Assembly: GCA_965199495.1 (NCBI GenBank)
Contig: CBDASK010000003.1
Location: forward strand, 2,688,001-2,752,000
Reading direction: 5' to 3'
DNA from: Abditibacterium sp.
GTDB lineage: Bacteria > Armatimonadota > Abditibacteriia > Abditibacteriales > Abditibacteriaceae
Length of the DNA stretch: 64,000 bases
Under the pieces are notes generated by a model that worked only from the letters and a program-made list of their open reading frames with translations, ran no database searches and was not told the origin of the DNA. A program made the translations under genes and the position numbers. This document shows, piece after piece, positions 9,893 through 19,924 of this stretch. Positions within the stretch are counted from its first letter, which is position 1, and every line of letters begins with the position of its first letter.

Positions 9893-9929
9893 CAAAAAGA
9901 GCGCAAGCAAATTGCTTGCGCTCTTTTTG
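9893..9929 (-). terminator. Intrinsic terminator after the secretin operon
   Basis: AAAAAGAGCGCAAGCAA-A-TTGCTTGCGCTCTTTTT. Confidence 0.88.
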
Positions 9930-9946
9930 GATCGTTCCGACATAGC

Positions 9947-11878
9947 TCAAGTTCCGGGCACATTGATATTATCGTCAGCGCGGCGGATGATACGCGCGGT
10001 GAGGAAGATGATCAATTCTGATTCGTTTTCCGCCACTGTCTTGGAGCGGAACAAACCGCCGATGATGGGAATATCGCCGAGTAGAGGCACCTTTCTATCT
10101 TGACGCGAATTGCTTATGGTTTTGAGACCACCTAAAGCAATCGTATCTCCGTCACGCACATTAGCGACGGTTTCGAGTTGTCTTTGGGTGATCGTTCCAA
10201 TCCCATTATTGCCTCCACTTGGGTCAGGAGATTGGCTCGAAACCTGCGGCTGCATCAAAACGGTGATGGTATCGTCGCCGTTGATTGTTGGTGTTACGTT
10301 CAGCCCCGTGGTGGTGCTGATAAACAACAGGTTTTGTCCCTGTGCTTGCTGACCACCAATGTTTTGCGAAACCGAGGTCAAAATTACCGGGCGTCTTTCG
10401 GTCGATTGCAAGGAAGCCGTTAAGTTGTTGATCGCTGTTACGCGAGGAGCATTGATAAGCTTAGCACGGTTACTCGCCATTAATGCGGTGAGTTGAGCTT
10501 GAAAGTTACCGCGCACAAAGCCAACAGATATAGAACCGGGAGCTGAACCTGGAGAAAATCCATTGGTTGAAGCATCGAAATCTCCCCGTGAGGTAGAAAA
10601 GTCAATACCAAAGCTGTGCGCGTCTTGAGACTGAAGCTCGACGAACTGTGCTTCGATTTCGACTTGGCGCAGTGGCTGGTCGAGAACCGCGATCAATTCT
10701 CCCAGGCGACGAATATCTTCATCCGTTCCACCGGCGACTAACAACACGTTTTGTGGATCAACAGAAACGATCTGTTGAATATCGCCGGGCAAATCGAACG
10801 AGCCGCCAGCGCTATTGCCACCGCCGCCACCATTTCGATTGCCGCCGCGATTGCCGCCGCGATTGTTGTTGCCATTACCGCCGCCGCCGCCAAAGTTGCC
10901 CCCCCCGCCCCCGCCAAATTGCGAGTTCGCCCGCACTTCAGGCGAAATTAGGCCGGAAGATGAGTTCCGCAAATAGGGATTGGTATATGGCGCTGCTGGC
11001 AAATTGTTTTGGTTGAAATTATCGAAACCGAGACCGCTGTTGAGGCCATTGTTATCGAGCGCGGCGACTGCCAGAGGTTGATCACCATACCTTCGCTTGT
11101 TGCTTTCCGACAATTGTAACTGCGACGGCATCGAGTTATGCGCTGGATCGAGTTGGTAAGCAACCAAAGCCGAAGGCACGTTCTTAATTTTTATAGAACG
11201 CAGGGGGTTTCTATCGCTGTTGCCATTGACCTGAGCCAAAACAGGCAAGTCGCTATACATGGGATTACCCATCTGCTGTTGCCCAATGGGTGGCAACGCA
11301 TTGAAGTTGTTCCCGCCAAGATTCCCCGCATTAAACGGGGAATTTCCCAATCCGTTTTGCGCACCGAAACCGTTTTGCGCACCAAAGTTATTCGGTTGCG
11401 AAATCGGCGTCTGCGAAAAGCCACCACCAAAACTGTTGGGCGCCGCGCTTTGCTCCATCATGCCGGGCTGCTTTTTGGTCACAATGTAGGTGCCATTGTC
11501 TTTGGCAATCGCCAGATTGCCAGCAACTTTGATAACGGTTTGCAACGCTTCTTCAGGCGTTTTATTGACCAGATTAATCGAACTAATAACGCCATCTACA
11601 TCGGCGTTGACGGCTAAATTGAGGTTGAACTGTTCGGCCAGAGTGCTGAGCAATTGTTTGACGGGAATATCGCGAAATTGCAGATCTAAACCCGGTGTGC
11701 TAATTGCCGCTTTGGGCGCAGCCACGCTCTGTGGCACGGGGGCGCCGGGAATCGTTGGCAGAGACACTGCGGGGTCAACAACTGGGGCAATCGGCGCTTC
11801 TTGCGCATGAGCCGCCGTGACCATCAAACATCCTGCCAGAAGCGCACCGTGTGTTGGGTGCCAAAGTTTTTTCGACAT
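9947..11878 (-). CDS. Secretin (PilQ/GspD family) with STN and N domains
   Basis: Signal peptide (AAHA/Q), LDLQFRDIPVKQLL STN domain, LDQPLRQVEIEAQFVE, VRDGDTIALGGL, KVPLLGDIPIIGGLFRS, ELIIFLTARII. Confidence 0.93.
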   Translation of the reverse strand: MSKKLWHPTHGALLAGCLMVTAAHAQEAPIAPVVDPAVSLPTIPGAPVPQSVAAPKAAISTPGLDLQFRDIPVKQLLSTLAEQFNLNLAVNADVDGVISSINLVNKTPEEALQTVIKVAGNLAIAKDNGTYIVTKKQPGMMEQSAAPNSFGGGFSQTPISQPNNFGAQNGFGAQNGLGNSPFNAGNLGGNNFNALPPIGQQQMGNPMYSDLPVLAQVNGNSDRNPLRSIKIKNVPSALVAYQLDPAHNSMPSQLQLSESNKRRYGDQPLAVAALDNNGLNSGLGFDNFNQNNLPAAPYTNPYLRNSSSGLISPEVRANSQFGGGGGGNFGGGGGNGNNNRGGNRGGNRNGGGGGNSAGGSFDLPGDIQQIVSVDPQNVLLVAGGTDEDIRRLGELIAVLDQPLRQVEIEAQFVELQSQDAHSFGIDFSTSRGDFDASTNGFSPGSAPGSISVGFVRGNFQAQLTALMASNRAKLINAPRVTAINNLTASLQSTERRPVILTSVSQNIGGQQAQGQNLLFISTTTGLNVTPTINGDDTITVLMQPQVSSQSPDPSGGNNGIGTITQRQLETVANVRDGDTIALGGLKTISNSRQDRKVPLLGDIPIIGGLFRSKTVAENESELIIFLTARIIRRADDNINVPGT

Positions 11879-12032
11879 AATTAAGAGTGTTTCGCCTTTC
11901 AAAAGGCGCCGAAGTCCAAATCTTTCTGGTCTATCGGAAGCGTGCTAATCAGCTCCGATGTGTTTCGCGAAACGTTCGTTCAATAGAAACGATGCCTCGT
12001 TAGCGATAATGTGGGTTAAGGAACCGAGGCGA

Positions 12033-13025
12033 TTAGAATCCGCCGCCACCGAATCCGCCGCCGCCGCCACCGAATCCGCCACCGCCAAAGCCGCCACCGC
12101 CACCAAAGCTACCGCCGCCACCGAAGCTGCCACCGCCACCGAAGCTGCCGCCACCGCCACCGAAGCTGTTGTTGCTGCCGCCACCAAATCCGCCGCCGCC
12201 GCCGCCGTTGTTATTACTGTTGTTGCTTGTCTGGCCCGGCGTCACGAAAATGTCGGTGGTAATTGTCGAGCTGTTGGCAAACAGCGCCGCTATACCGCCC
12301 GAATAAACGTGCTTGATATTAATGATCGTATATTTGAGCGGCTCCGCAGGGGTGCCATTGTTGGCCCGCCCCCCGTTACGCCCACCCGCGCGCGGGTTGG
12401 TTTGCGAATTCGCCAAGGTTTGCACATCCGGCAACATCTGGCGGTTACTAAAATTGCGCGTGTTGCCTTGGGGGGCGCCACCAAAACCAAAGGGATTCGC
12501 GGGAGCCGAAGTCACGCCGCGTCCCGGAAATCCGCCTTGACCGGGGAAGCCGCCTTGGTTGGAGAAACCACTCTGACCCGGAAATCCGCCCTGACCGGGA
12601 AAGCCACCGGAGCCGGAAAATCCGTCCTGACCGGGGAAGCCACTGCTGCCATCGGGATTGAAGCCGAAGGGAATGCGGGGTTCAACGACATAAAGTCCAT
12701 CGCTATTGCGAGAGAATTTATAGTTGTAAGTCAGGCACAGCGAGCGCACCAAATCGTCCCATGCGATGTTAGAGCGTACGACATCGGGCACGTAAATTTG
12801 CGAAGCCGAAGCATCAATGGAACGGCTTTTGATGCCCGCCGAGTCGAAAACTAAGTCCAGCGCGTCTTTGAGGCTGGCATCTTTGATGTCCACGACCGCC
12901 AGACGCCCGCCCGCCGCCGGAGTCACGTTGTTTTGGGCCTGAGCCGCCAGAGGAGCCAGTAGCATTCCGCCCAACAAAGCTCCCGTCAGTAATGTGGTTT
13001 GGATGTTCGTTTTCATGGTGTTCAT
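12033..13025 (-). CDS. Secreted STN-domain protein with GF-rich repeats
   Basis: Signal peptide (AAQA/Q), VDIKDASLKDALDLVF STN-like segment, GGFPGQ repeats, poly-GGGF tail; RBS AGGAG. Confidence 0.75.
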   Translation of the reverse strand: MNTMKTNIQTTLLTGALLGGMLLAPLAAQAQNNVTPAAGGRLAVVDIKDASLKDALDLVFDSAGIKSRSIDASASQIYVPDVVRSNIAWDDLVRSLCLTYNYKFSRNSDGLYVVEPRIPFGFNPDGSSGFPGQDGFSGSGGFPGQGGFPGQSGFSNQGGFPGQGGFPGRGVTSAPANPFGFGGAPQGNTRNFSNRQMLPDVQTLANSQTNPRAGGRNGGRANNGTPAEPLKYTIINIKHVYSGGIAALFANSSTITTDIFVTPGQTSNNSNNNGGGGGGFGGGSNNSFGGGGGSFGGGGSFGGGGSFGGGGGFGGGGFGGGGGGFGGGGF

Positions 13026-13096
13026 TCTTTTATCTCCTATAAATTTCTACTGGCCATCGAAACGCCTTTAAACAAGGGCGCGTAGGAGACGCCCAT

Positions 13097-13126
13097 ATTA
13101 TAGCAGTTTTCGCGATTGCCCGCCAA
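13097..13126 (-). promoter_or_regulatory. Putative sigma70 promoter inside the pil operon, upstream of the STN and secretin genes
   Basis: TTGGCG-N18-TATAAT with TGn extended -10 on the minus strand. Confidence 0.5.
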
Positions 13127-13167
13127 TATCTTCTTTCCTTGACGCTTCAAACCCCGCGACGTTTGCT

Positions 13168-14214
13168 TTATCCGCGCGGAAAACCTCCGAATCCTCCGGG
13201 AGACCCGCCAAATCCACCGGGGCCACCAAATGCTCCGGGAGACCCGCCAAATCCACCGGGGCCACCGAATCCACCCGGCCCCTCGGCTCCAAATTCGCCG
13301 CCAGCGGCGGTGCGCGGTGGCCCCGGTTTGAGGTCAACGGTGCGTTCGCCGCCATTCTCGCGAATCAGCATCCGCGTGACCTGCGTGCCGCTTTCGTTAT
13401 AGCGCCGAATATTGAGGATCGTAATGCCTTCGACCACATCTCCGGGCTGCACCACATAAGTCTTGGGAACATCCCCTCCGCTAATTTCCAAAATGGCGCG
13501 CACTCCATTTCCGATGACGACGCCTGACAAACGTTTGTCGAACGAGGGTGAGGCCGTGCCGGAACCAGCGCCGCTCGAAGAGCGAGGCGGCGGAAACGCG
13601 TTGGTGGGCGCGAGTTTGGTGGAATTCAAACGCGGAATGACAACTGCTGGCAGCACCAATGGCCCTTCGCCCGCACCGGAACCGTTAATGCCGGGCACCG
13701 CGAAACCGGGAGCTGGAGCGCCGCCGCCGAAACCGCCGCCAGGACGCGGAATATCTACCGGTTCGATTTGCGGAATTACGACGGGTTGCGGGATGGGCGT
13801 CGGTGTTGGCACGGGCGGCGCTGGCGGCGGCGGCGGTGTGGGCGTGGGAATAATAAAGAACGGCTGAAAGGGATCGCGCCGGTAGGGCGAGAGTGGCAAC
13901 AGCGTGGACGGATTGCCAACCGTGCTGATCTGCGTGGCTGTCGCGGGTGGAATGCCGCCGTTAGCCAGCGTCGAGCCGGGCGCCCCCGCTTCGGCTCCCG
14001 AATCCAGAGGAACACCTGCTGCGTTCGCGGCGACGGAATTAGTCGCCGCAGTTTGAGTGCCTCCGCTCATCGAACGCATGACGAAAAAGCCGCCGATGCC
14101 CAACGCCGCAATGCCAGCCACGCCCAAAGCGATGAATAACTTCTTTTTGTCGGTTGAGGTCGAATCGCTCGCCGCAGGAGTCGGTGACGGCGGAGCGCCG
14201 GAAGAATTAGCCAT
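13168..14214 (-). CDS. Pilus assembly protein (PilP-like position), Pro-rich membrane-anchored
   Basis: N-terminal TM, RRDPFQPF motif, C-terminal RLSGVVIG...YVVQPGDVVEG beta domain; operon position. Confidence 0.6.
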   Translation of the reverse strand: MANSSGAPPSPTPAASDSTSTDKKKLFIALGVAGIAALGIGGFFVMRSMSGGTQTAATNSVAANAAGVPLDSGAEAGAPGSTLANGGIPPATATQISTVGNPSTLLPLSPYRRDPFQPFFIIPTPTPPPPPAPPVPTPTPIPQPVVIPQIEPVDIPRPGGGFGGGAPAPGFAVPGINGSGAGEGPLVLPAVVIPRLNSTKLAPTNAFPPPRSSSGAGSGTASPSFDKRLSGVVIGNGVRAILEISGGDVPKTYVVQPGDVVEGITILNIRRYNESGTQVTRMLIRENGGERTVDLKPGPPRTAAGGEFGAEGPGGFGGPGGFGGSPGAFGGPGGFGGSPGGFGGFPRG

Positions 14215-14380
14215 GATAGAAATTTAAGAAAAGGGGAGGGCATCCATAACCCTCCCCATAGAAATTGACGGCAACGCTGGGTTAGAACTTCCACGCGTTC
14301 CAAAGTTACAAATTGTTTTTTCTGGCTTCAAACGGCTCACTGACCGTTGCTGAAACCTCATCCTTGCTTGAAACCGCGAT

Positions 14381-15214
14381 TTAAATCGCGGGCGCTGGTG
14401 CCGAACTTGGTGGAGCGCCAGTCGCGCTCGGAGTTCCGCCTGAATCTCCCAAGGCGTTGGGAGCGCCTGCTGCTCCGCCAGCAACTACTGCTGCCGCGGC
14501 TCCCGGACGGGCCGCGTCAATGCCGGGAATCGGGGCGGCTTGAGCGGAAGGCCCAGAAACCAACAAATAAGGCGTGATAGTGAAAGTCGCTTCGATGTTG
14601 GGCGTCGTGCCCGCCATTTTCACGTTGCCAATCACCATCAAAATCTCGGAACGGTTGATGATCTGAAAGAAATTGAGAATGCTTTCAAAAGTTCCCGTCA
14701 CCGAAACTGTCAGTGGCGCGGCTTGTGGCTTGAGCAAACCGCTGGGAGGAGAATAGACATCTTCGGGGTTTTGCGGCGGCGCATCCACTTTGATGTTGGT
14801 CTTAATCTGTACGCCACTTTCGTCGGCGGCACGAATCAATTGACTGCGCGCTGCCAAACCAAATCCCGACGCGTATTCATTCAGGTAACGCACGAAAGTG
14901 GCGTTGCGCGGCCCCTGTCCCGAAACCGGCGTCTCGGTTAAATCGAACGGCAAGCTGCGGTAACGCGTGCGGAAATATTGGAGTCCGCCTTGCGCCAAGT
15001 CCAGCCGTTGCTGAGCCAAAAGCGCCGCTTTAAGCGTTGGAGCCAACTTGTCCGCGCTGGCTTTTTCCGTAGTGTAATTGGTATTAGTCGTCGTCAGTTG
15101 GCTGACGACTTGGTCGTAGAAGCGGAACTTCCACACGAGCACCATCGCCACAATCAGCACAAAGGCGCCGACGAGTGTGCCGATCCATGCGTGGCGTAAT
15201 TTTTTTTCGTTCAT
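14381..15214 (-). CDS. PilO-like type IV pilus assembly protein
   Basis: TM + coiled coil + VSVTGTFESILNFFQII ferredoxin-like signature; follows pilN-like gene. Confidence 0.7.
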   Translation of the reverse strand: MNEKKLRHAWIGTLVGAFVLIVAMVLVWKFRFYDQVVSQLTTTNTNYTTEKASADKLAPTLKAALLAQQRLDLAQGGLQYFRTRYRSLPFDLTETPVSGQGPRNATFVRYLNEYASGFGLAARSQLIRAADESGVQIKTNIKVDAPPQNPEDVYSPPSGLLKPQAAPLTVSVTGTFESILNFFQIINRSEILMVIGNVKMAGTTPNIEATFTITPYLLVSGPSAQAAPIPGIDAARPGAAAAVVAGGAAGAPNALGDSGGTPSATGAPPSSAPAPAI

Positions 15215-15281
15215 TAGATATTAAGTCAAATTTCTCGCGATTAAGACCCCGTGTTACCGGGAAATTCGCTAATTAGCCACC

Positions 15282-16142
15282 TTAGCCAGGCGTTGGAGCG
15301 GGTTGAGGTACGGTACGATCATTTGGCACGATGGGTGGCGGCGGCGCTCCCGGCCCACCAGACACACCCGGCGATCCCGATGAACTTGGCCCACCCGGCC
15401 CGCCCGGCGATCCCGATGCACCCGGCCCACCAAATCCACCCGGCGCTCCTGTTGCGCCTGCGGCTCCGGCGGCTCCATTGGCAAGAGCGGGGTCGGGAAT
15501 AACTGGAATCGGGTATTTGAGCGGCCCCTGCGCTGTGACTTTGAGCGGATAAACCAAAATAACGGGTTGGTCGGTGGGAATCGCTGGTGGCACGAACGCG
15601 GCGGCGCCGTTGTTAAATCCGCCAACGCCCGAAGCCTTGGGCGCCAGAGCGAATAACGGCCCGGCGTCGGTTGTCGTCGTTCCTGCGGGTGGCGGCCCGG
15701 CGCGGCGCAGATTGAAGAGGAATTGCGCGTATTGATTGGGATTTTTGACCGAAGCCTGAACCACCGCGTTTTGACCATCGCTCAAATCAATGGACTGCAC
15801 GACGGTATCAATGTAAATATATTGGCGCACCTGATTGAGTAGCGCCGCGCGTTGCGGCCCCGACTTGCCCGCCGTCAGCATGAAGGTGATGGTGTCTCTA
15901 AACGGCTGTGCGGCAGTGACTGCCGCAGTTTCTGTGTCCGCCGCCGCCTTGGTTTGATTCGAGACCACGGTTACCGCAGCCAGATTTTGCTTGGCCGTCC
16001 CCAACTCTTTCTTTTTGGAGTCGAGTGCCATCGCCAGACCGGTGCCCACCAAGGCGACAGTCAGCACGCTGGCCGCAATGGCAAGCTCAAGGTTACGCCG
16101 TTGTTTGACGTGGCCGGGCAGAAGATCGATTTTAATCGCCAT
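15282..16142 (-). CDS. PilN-like type IV pilus assembly protein
   Basis: N-terminal IKIDLLP (variant of the PilM-binding INLLP motif), TM, coiled coil. Confidence 0.78.
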   Translation of the reverse strand: MAIKIDLLPGHVKQRRNLELAIAASVLTVALVGTGLAMALDSKKKELGTAKQNLAAVTVVSNQTKAAADTETAAVTAAQPFRDTITFMLTAGKSGPQRAALLNQVRQYIYIDTVVQSIDLSDGQNAVVQASVKNPNQYAQFLFNLRRAGPPPAGTTTTDAGPLFALAPKASGVGGFNNGAAAFVPPAIPTDQPVILVYPLKVTAQGPLKYPIPVIPDPALANGAAGAAGATGAPGGFGGPGASGSPGGPGGPSSSGSPGVSGGPGAPPPPIVPNDRTVPQPAPTPG

Positions 16143-16382
16143 GAGAAAAATTAAGCCAAATGTTTGTGCCGGGAAACCGAAAGTGCCGAAACTCCGACCG
16201 AAAATTTGATGTTCTCCAAAGAGCCGTTCTCAAATTTTATCATCGTTCCCTTTTTCGTTGCTGCTCCCGAACCGCCATCACTAAATCACCAATTTTGCCC
16301 CCGATTCGAGGGCTTTGCACCTTATTCATCCCGATCCAGATCGCGTTTTTGCGCGCCCGAACTTTTGAGCGGGTCATTCTAT

Positions 16383-18842
16383 TTACTCGATAAAGTCGCG
16401 CAGTGCCAGTCCCAGCGCCACCGCACACAGCGGCGCGTTGGTCGGAACAAATTCTGTTGGCAATCCCGGCGCGTTGACTTTGATGTTATTGAATGGGTTG
16501 CCCACGCTGGCGGGCACGCCCAGATTGTTCGCCAAAAACTCGTCCAGATTGCGCAACTTGGCGCCGCCGCCGACCAACACCAAACGCGAGAACGTGGTGT
16601 CGGGGTAGCGTCCCAAATGGAATTCCAGCGAGCGCCGCACTTCGGTCGCCAAATCGTCCAAAACCGGCTGCATCGCCGCATAAAGCGTGGCGTCGTCGGT
16701 TTCGCTGGTCTGGCTCAGGCCAGCGCCAAACGTCGAGAAATCTTCGCTTCCGCTCGCTGTGGCATTAAGCGCGCCCATATCGAAGTCGTCCGCGCTGGCG
16801 TCACCGCCGAACATATTGGCATCGAAACCACCATCGTCCGCCGTGGCTGCAACAGCAGCCACGGCGGGTTCGCCCGCCGCGACGGGCGCGCCAAACATAT
16901 CGTTCACGTCGAAGGCCGCATCATCGGCATTCACATCGTCGGCCAGAGGTTCGCCCACGGCTGCGACATCCGCGCCTTTGTCCAACGAAACCACCGGTTC
17001 GAGCGTCGGTTCGATGATAATAGCTTCGTCGGCAATGGGTTCCTCGTCTGTGATCGCGGGTTCATCAATCGTCTTTTCAAAGCTCAACGGCGCCGCGACT
17101 TGCGGGGTATCTTCCAGAGATTCCGCCGCTAAAGGCTCGGTCGCTGGAGCTTGTTCCGCCAAAGTATTATCGCTGAAACCGAAACTAAACGCCGCAGGCG
17201 CGGGCGTCGCCGGAACTGCTGGGGTTGGAACTGCCGAAATTGGTGCTGGTGCCAAAGCATCCGTGTCGTCGGAGAGTTTTTGCGTGGGCGCTGTAATTTC
17301 CGTCTCCGTGGCGCCTGAACCGACTTTCGCCGGGGCTTTGACAGTGGGCAAATCGAAATCGGAAAAGTCGAAGGCCGAAGGAATCGCGGGCGTCGCGGGC
17401 GTCGCGGGTGCAATGGGCGTCGCGGGCGTCGCGGGCGTCGCGGGTGCAATGGGCGTGGCTTCGATTGGTTGTGTGCTGGCGCTTGCGGCGCTTGCGACGG
17501 TTGCGTCCATCGCGGGCAGAAACGTATCGTCTAAATCGAAGTTGTCTGTGCTCGGCGGCGCGGCTTCGGCGCTGGGCGCCGGAATCGGTGGCGGCGGCGA
17601 GGCGGGCGTCACGTCCTGTTTGGCAATCGAGGGCGAAAGGTCGTCGTCCATGCTGTCGAACGAAAAGTTGATGCCCGATGGTTGGTCGGCTTCGTCGTCC
17701 TCTTTCTGGCCGTGACCGGCTCCCGGCTCCGACTGCTGCGGCCCCTGATCGAAAAAGTCCAAATCAAACGGATCGTCCGAACCCGCCGTTGCCGCGCTCG
17801 TGTCGGTCGCCGTGGCTGTTGTCGCGGGCGCGGTTGTGGTGGCGGTATCGGCGCCGAAGTCGTCGGCGCCAAAATCCATATCCGGCGAAAAATCGGCGGC
17901 CCCGCCACCGAAATCGCCAAAGTCGCCGAAATCATCACCCGCGCCCGCGCCGTAACCGGTGGGCGGCAACGCATCACCGCGTTCGATTTTGAGGCGCTCG
18001 GCGTCCGCAGTCGGAATGCCCATGCTTTGGGCGATGGCCTGCGTCAGGGCGCCGCCGCCGTTGGGCACGCTGCGCGTGAAGACCACGATGTCGCCGCGCA
18101 AAATCGAAATTTCGGTGCTGGTCTGGCCGATGTTCAAAACAGCCGTCACATCGTCGTAATCAATGATTGGGTTTTGCGCGCGCAGTTCGAGCTGCATCGT
18201 GCGCGCCAACGCGAGCGGTTCGACATCAATGGCGCGCGGCGTTAATTTGGCTTTTTGCACGACGGCGATATGCAAATCAATGATTTCGCGTTGCGCCGCC
18301 GCCAGCAAAACTTCCATGTTGGCCGCATCCGGGTCGGATGGCAAATCGCGGAGCGCCCTGAAATCCATCACGACTTCTGAAGGTGGAAACGGGATATAAC
18401 GGTCGGCGTCCACGCGCATGTTGTCGGCGAGTTCGCCGTCGGTCATTTTGGGCACTTCGATGACGCGCACGACTAAGGAACCGCTACCGGCGACCGAAAA
18501 AATCGTCGCTTTACTGCTCAAACCGGCCTGTTTCCACATGGTGCGGATGGCGTTGGAAAGAGCGGTCACGCTCAAAACGTTGCCGTTGGCATAGCTTTCG
18601 GGCGGCGTGGCGATAACGCCCATGCCGGTCACCGTGAGTTGGCCGCCTTTGGAGGTCACTTCGACGGCTTTGATAAAGGCGTTGCCGATGTTGAGACCGA
18701 CGACGGTGCCACTGGTGGAAACAGTGGATTTCACCGGTTTATTCGCTTTAACTTTGCGCGCCTTGACAGCCACTGGGGCTGCTGCGGGCGCGGCGTTAGC
18801 TGGGGCGGAAGTATCCGCGTTCTTTTTGCCGAAAAGAGCCAT
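16383..18842 (-). CDS. pilM: Type IV pilus assembly protein PilM with about 440-aa low-complexity insertion
   Basis: VGLNIG...IKAVEV, RYIPFP, EVLLAAA, IDVEPLALAR, LNIGQTSTEI, EVRRSLEF, LVGGGAKL, ALGLALR. Confidence 0.92.
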   Translation of the reverse strand: MALFGKKNADTSAPANAAPAAAPVAVKARKVKANKPVKSTVSTSGTVVGLNIGNAFIKAVEVTSKGGQLTVTGMGVIATPPESYANGNVLSVTALSNAIRTMWKQAGLSSKATIFSVAGSGSLVVRVIEVPKMTDGELADNMRVDADRYIPFPPSEVVMDFRALRDLPSDPDAANMEVLLAAAQREIIDLHIAVVQKAKLTPRAIDVEPLALARTMQLELRAQNPIIDYDDVTAVLNIGQTSTEISILRGDIVVFTRSVPNGGGALTQAIAQSMGIPTADAERLKIERGDALPPTGYGAGAGDDFGDFGDFGGGAADFSPDMDFGADDFGADTATTTAPATTATATDTSAATAGSDDPFDLDFFDQGPQQSEPGAGHGQKEDDEADQPSGINFSFDSMDDDLSPSIAKQDVTPASPPPPIPAPSAEAAPPSTDNFDLDDTFLPAMDATVASAASASTQPIEATPIAPATPATPATPIAPATPATPAIPSAFDFSDFDLPTVKAPAKVGSGATETEITAPTQKLSDDTDALAPAPISAVPTPAVPATPAPAAFSFGFSDNTLAEQAPATEPLAAESLEDTPQVAAPLSFEKTIDEPAITDEEPIADEAIIIEPTLEPVVSLDKGADVAAVGEPLADDVNADDAAFDVNDMFGAPVAAGEPAVAAVAATADDGGFDANMFGGDASADDFDMGALNATASGSEDFSTFGAGLSQTSETDDATLYAAMQPVLDDLATEVRRSLEFHLGRYPDTTFSRLVLVGGGAKLRNLDEFLANNLGVPASVGNPFNNIKVNAPGLPTEFVPTNAPLCAVALGLALRDFIE

Positions 18843-19016
18843 AAGAGAAATTTTAACCCAAAGCCAATGAGCGCGCGAGGCCCAGACATAAATATCTTTT
18901 TCGTCGCGAGGGTGGCTAATCTATTATGGGTGCCGCGCGATTTCTTGTCAAATCAGCTACACTCGCGCGCCGCTCCCAATAACCTCACCAAAGCGCGGTT
19001 TGCGCACCCTTTTCTC

Positions 19017-19919
19017 GTGACACTTCAAAATTCCTCCGATTCGCCGGGCCGCGTGTGCCGTCTCGGTTTGCCCAAAGGTTCGCTGCAAGAAGCCACGCTG
19101 CGCATGATGCGCCGCGCTGGCTGGTCAATTTCAGTTTCCAGCCGCTCCTATTTTCCCGCCGTCAACGACGCCGAACTCGAAATCGTCTTATTACGCGCCC
19201 AAGAAATCCCGCGCTACGTCGCCGATGGCGTGTTAGATGCGGGCATCACCGGCCACGACAACGTGTTAGAAAACGACGTGGACGTTCACGAAATCTGTGA
19301 ATTGATTTATTCCAAAGCGACTTCGCGTCCCTATCGTTGGGTTTTGGCGGTTCCCAAAGGCTCCGAAATTCGCGGCCCGCAAGATTTGCAGGGCAAGCGC
19401 ATTGCGACCGAACTCGTCAACGTGACGCAGCGTTATCTGGACAAACATGGCGTCAAAGCCGAAGTCGAATTTTCGTGGGGCGCGACCGAAGTCAAAGTGC
19501 CCGCTCTGGTTGACGCCATCGTTGAAGGAACGGAAACCGGTTCGACACTACGCGCGCACAACCTCGAAATCATTGACGAACTGCTGGCTTCAACCACGCG
19601 TTTCATCGCCAATCACGGCGCGTGGGGCGACGAATGGAAGCGCCAAAAATTGAGCGCAATGGCGACGCTGCTGCAAGGCGCGATGGAAGCCGAGGGCAAA
19701 GTCGGCCTGAAAATGAACGTGCCGCGCGCCGGTTTAGACGCCGTGGCTGCGTTGTTGCCCTCAATGCGTTCGCCGACAATTACGCCGCTCGCCGACGAAG
19801 ATTGGGTCGCTCTGGAAGTTGTGGCCGACGAAGGTCTGGTGCGCGAGATTATTCCCGGTTTGCTCGACGCGGGCGCCACGGGCATCATCGAATATCCGTT
19901 GAACAAAGTGATCGCGTGA
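19017..19919 (+). CDS. hisG: ATP phosphoribosyltransferase (long form)
   Basis: LGLPKGSL, RAQEIPRYV, DAGITGHD, SWGATE, ETGSTLRAHNL, C-terminal regulatory domain; GTG start inferred. Confidence 0.97.
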   Translation: MTLQNSSDSPGRVCRLGLPKGSLQEATLRMMRRAGWSISVSSRSYFPAVNDAELEIVLLRAQEIPRYVADGVLDAGITGHDNVLENDVDVHEICELIYSKATSRPYRWVLAVPKGSEIRGPQDLQGKRIATELVNVTQRYLDKHGVKAEVEFSWGATEVKVPALVDAIVEGTETGSTLRAHNLEIIDELLASTTRFIANHGAWGDEWKRQKLSAMATLLQGAMEAEGKVGLKMNVPRAGLDAVAALLPSMRSPTITPLADEDWVALEVVADEGLVREIIPGLLDAGATGIIEYPLNKVIA

Positions 19920-19924
19920 ATTTC

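Noticed and set aside
18639..19016. N-terminal extensions of hisG (also cca 37972-38190 and trmFO 40750-40923)
   Set aside because: They overlap neighbouring genes; family homology starts at downstream start codons
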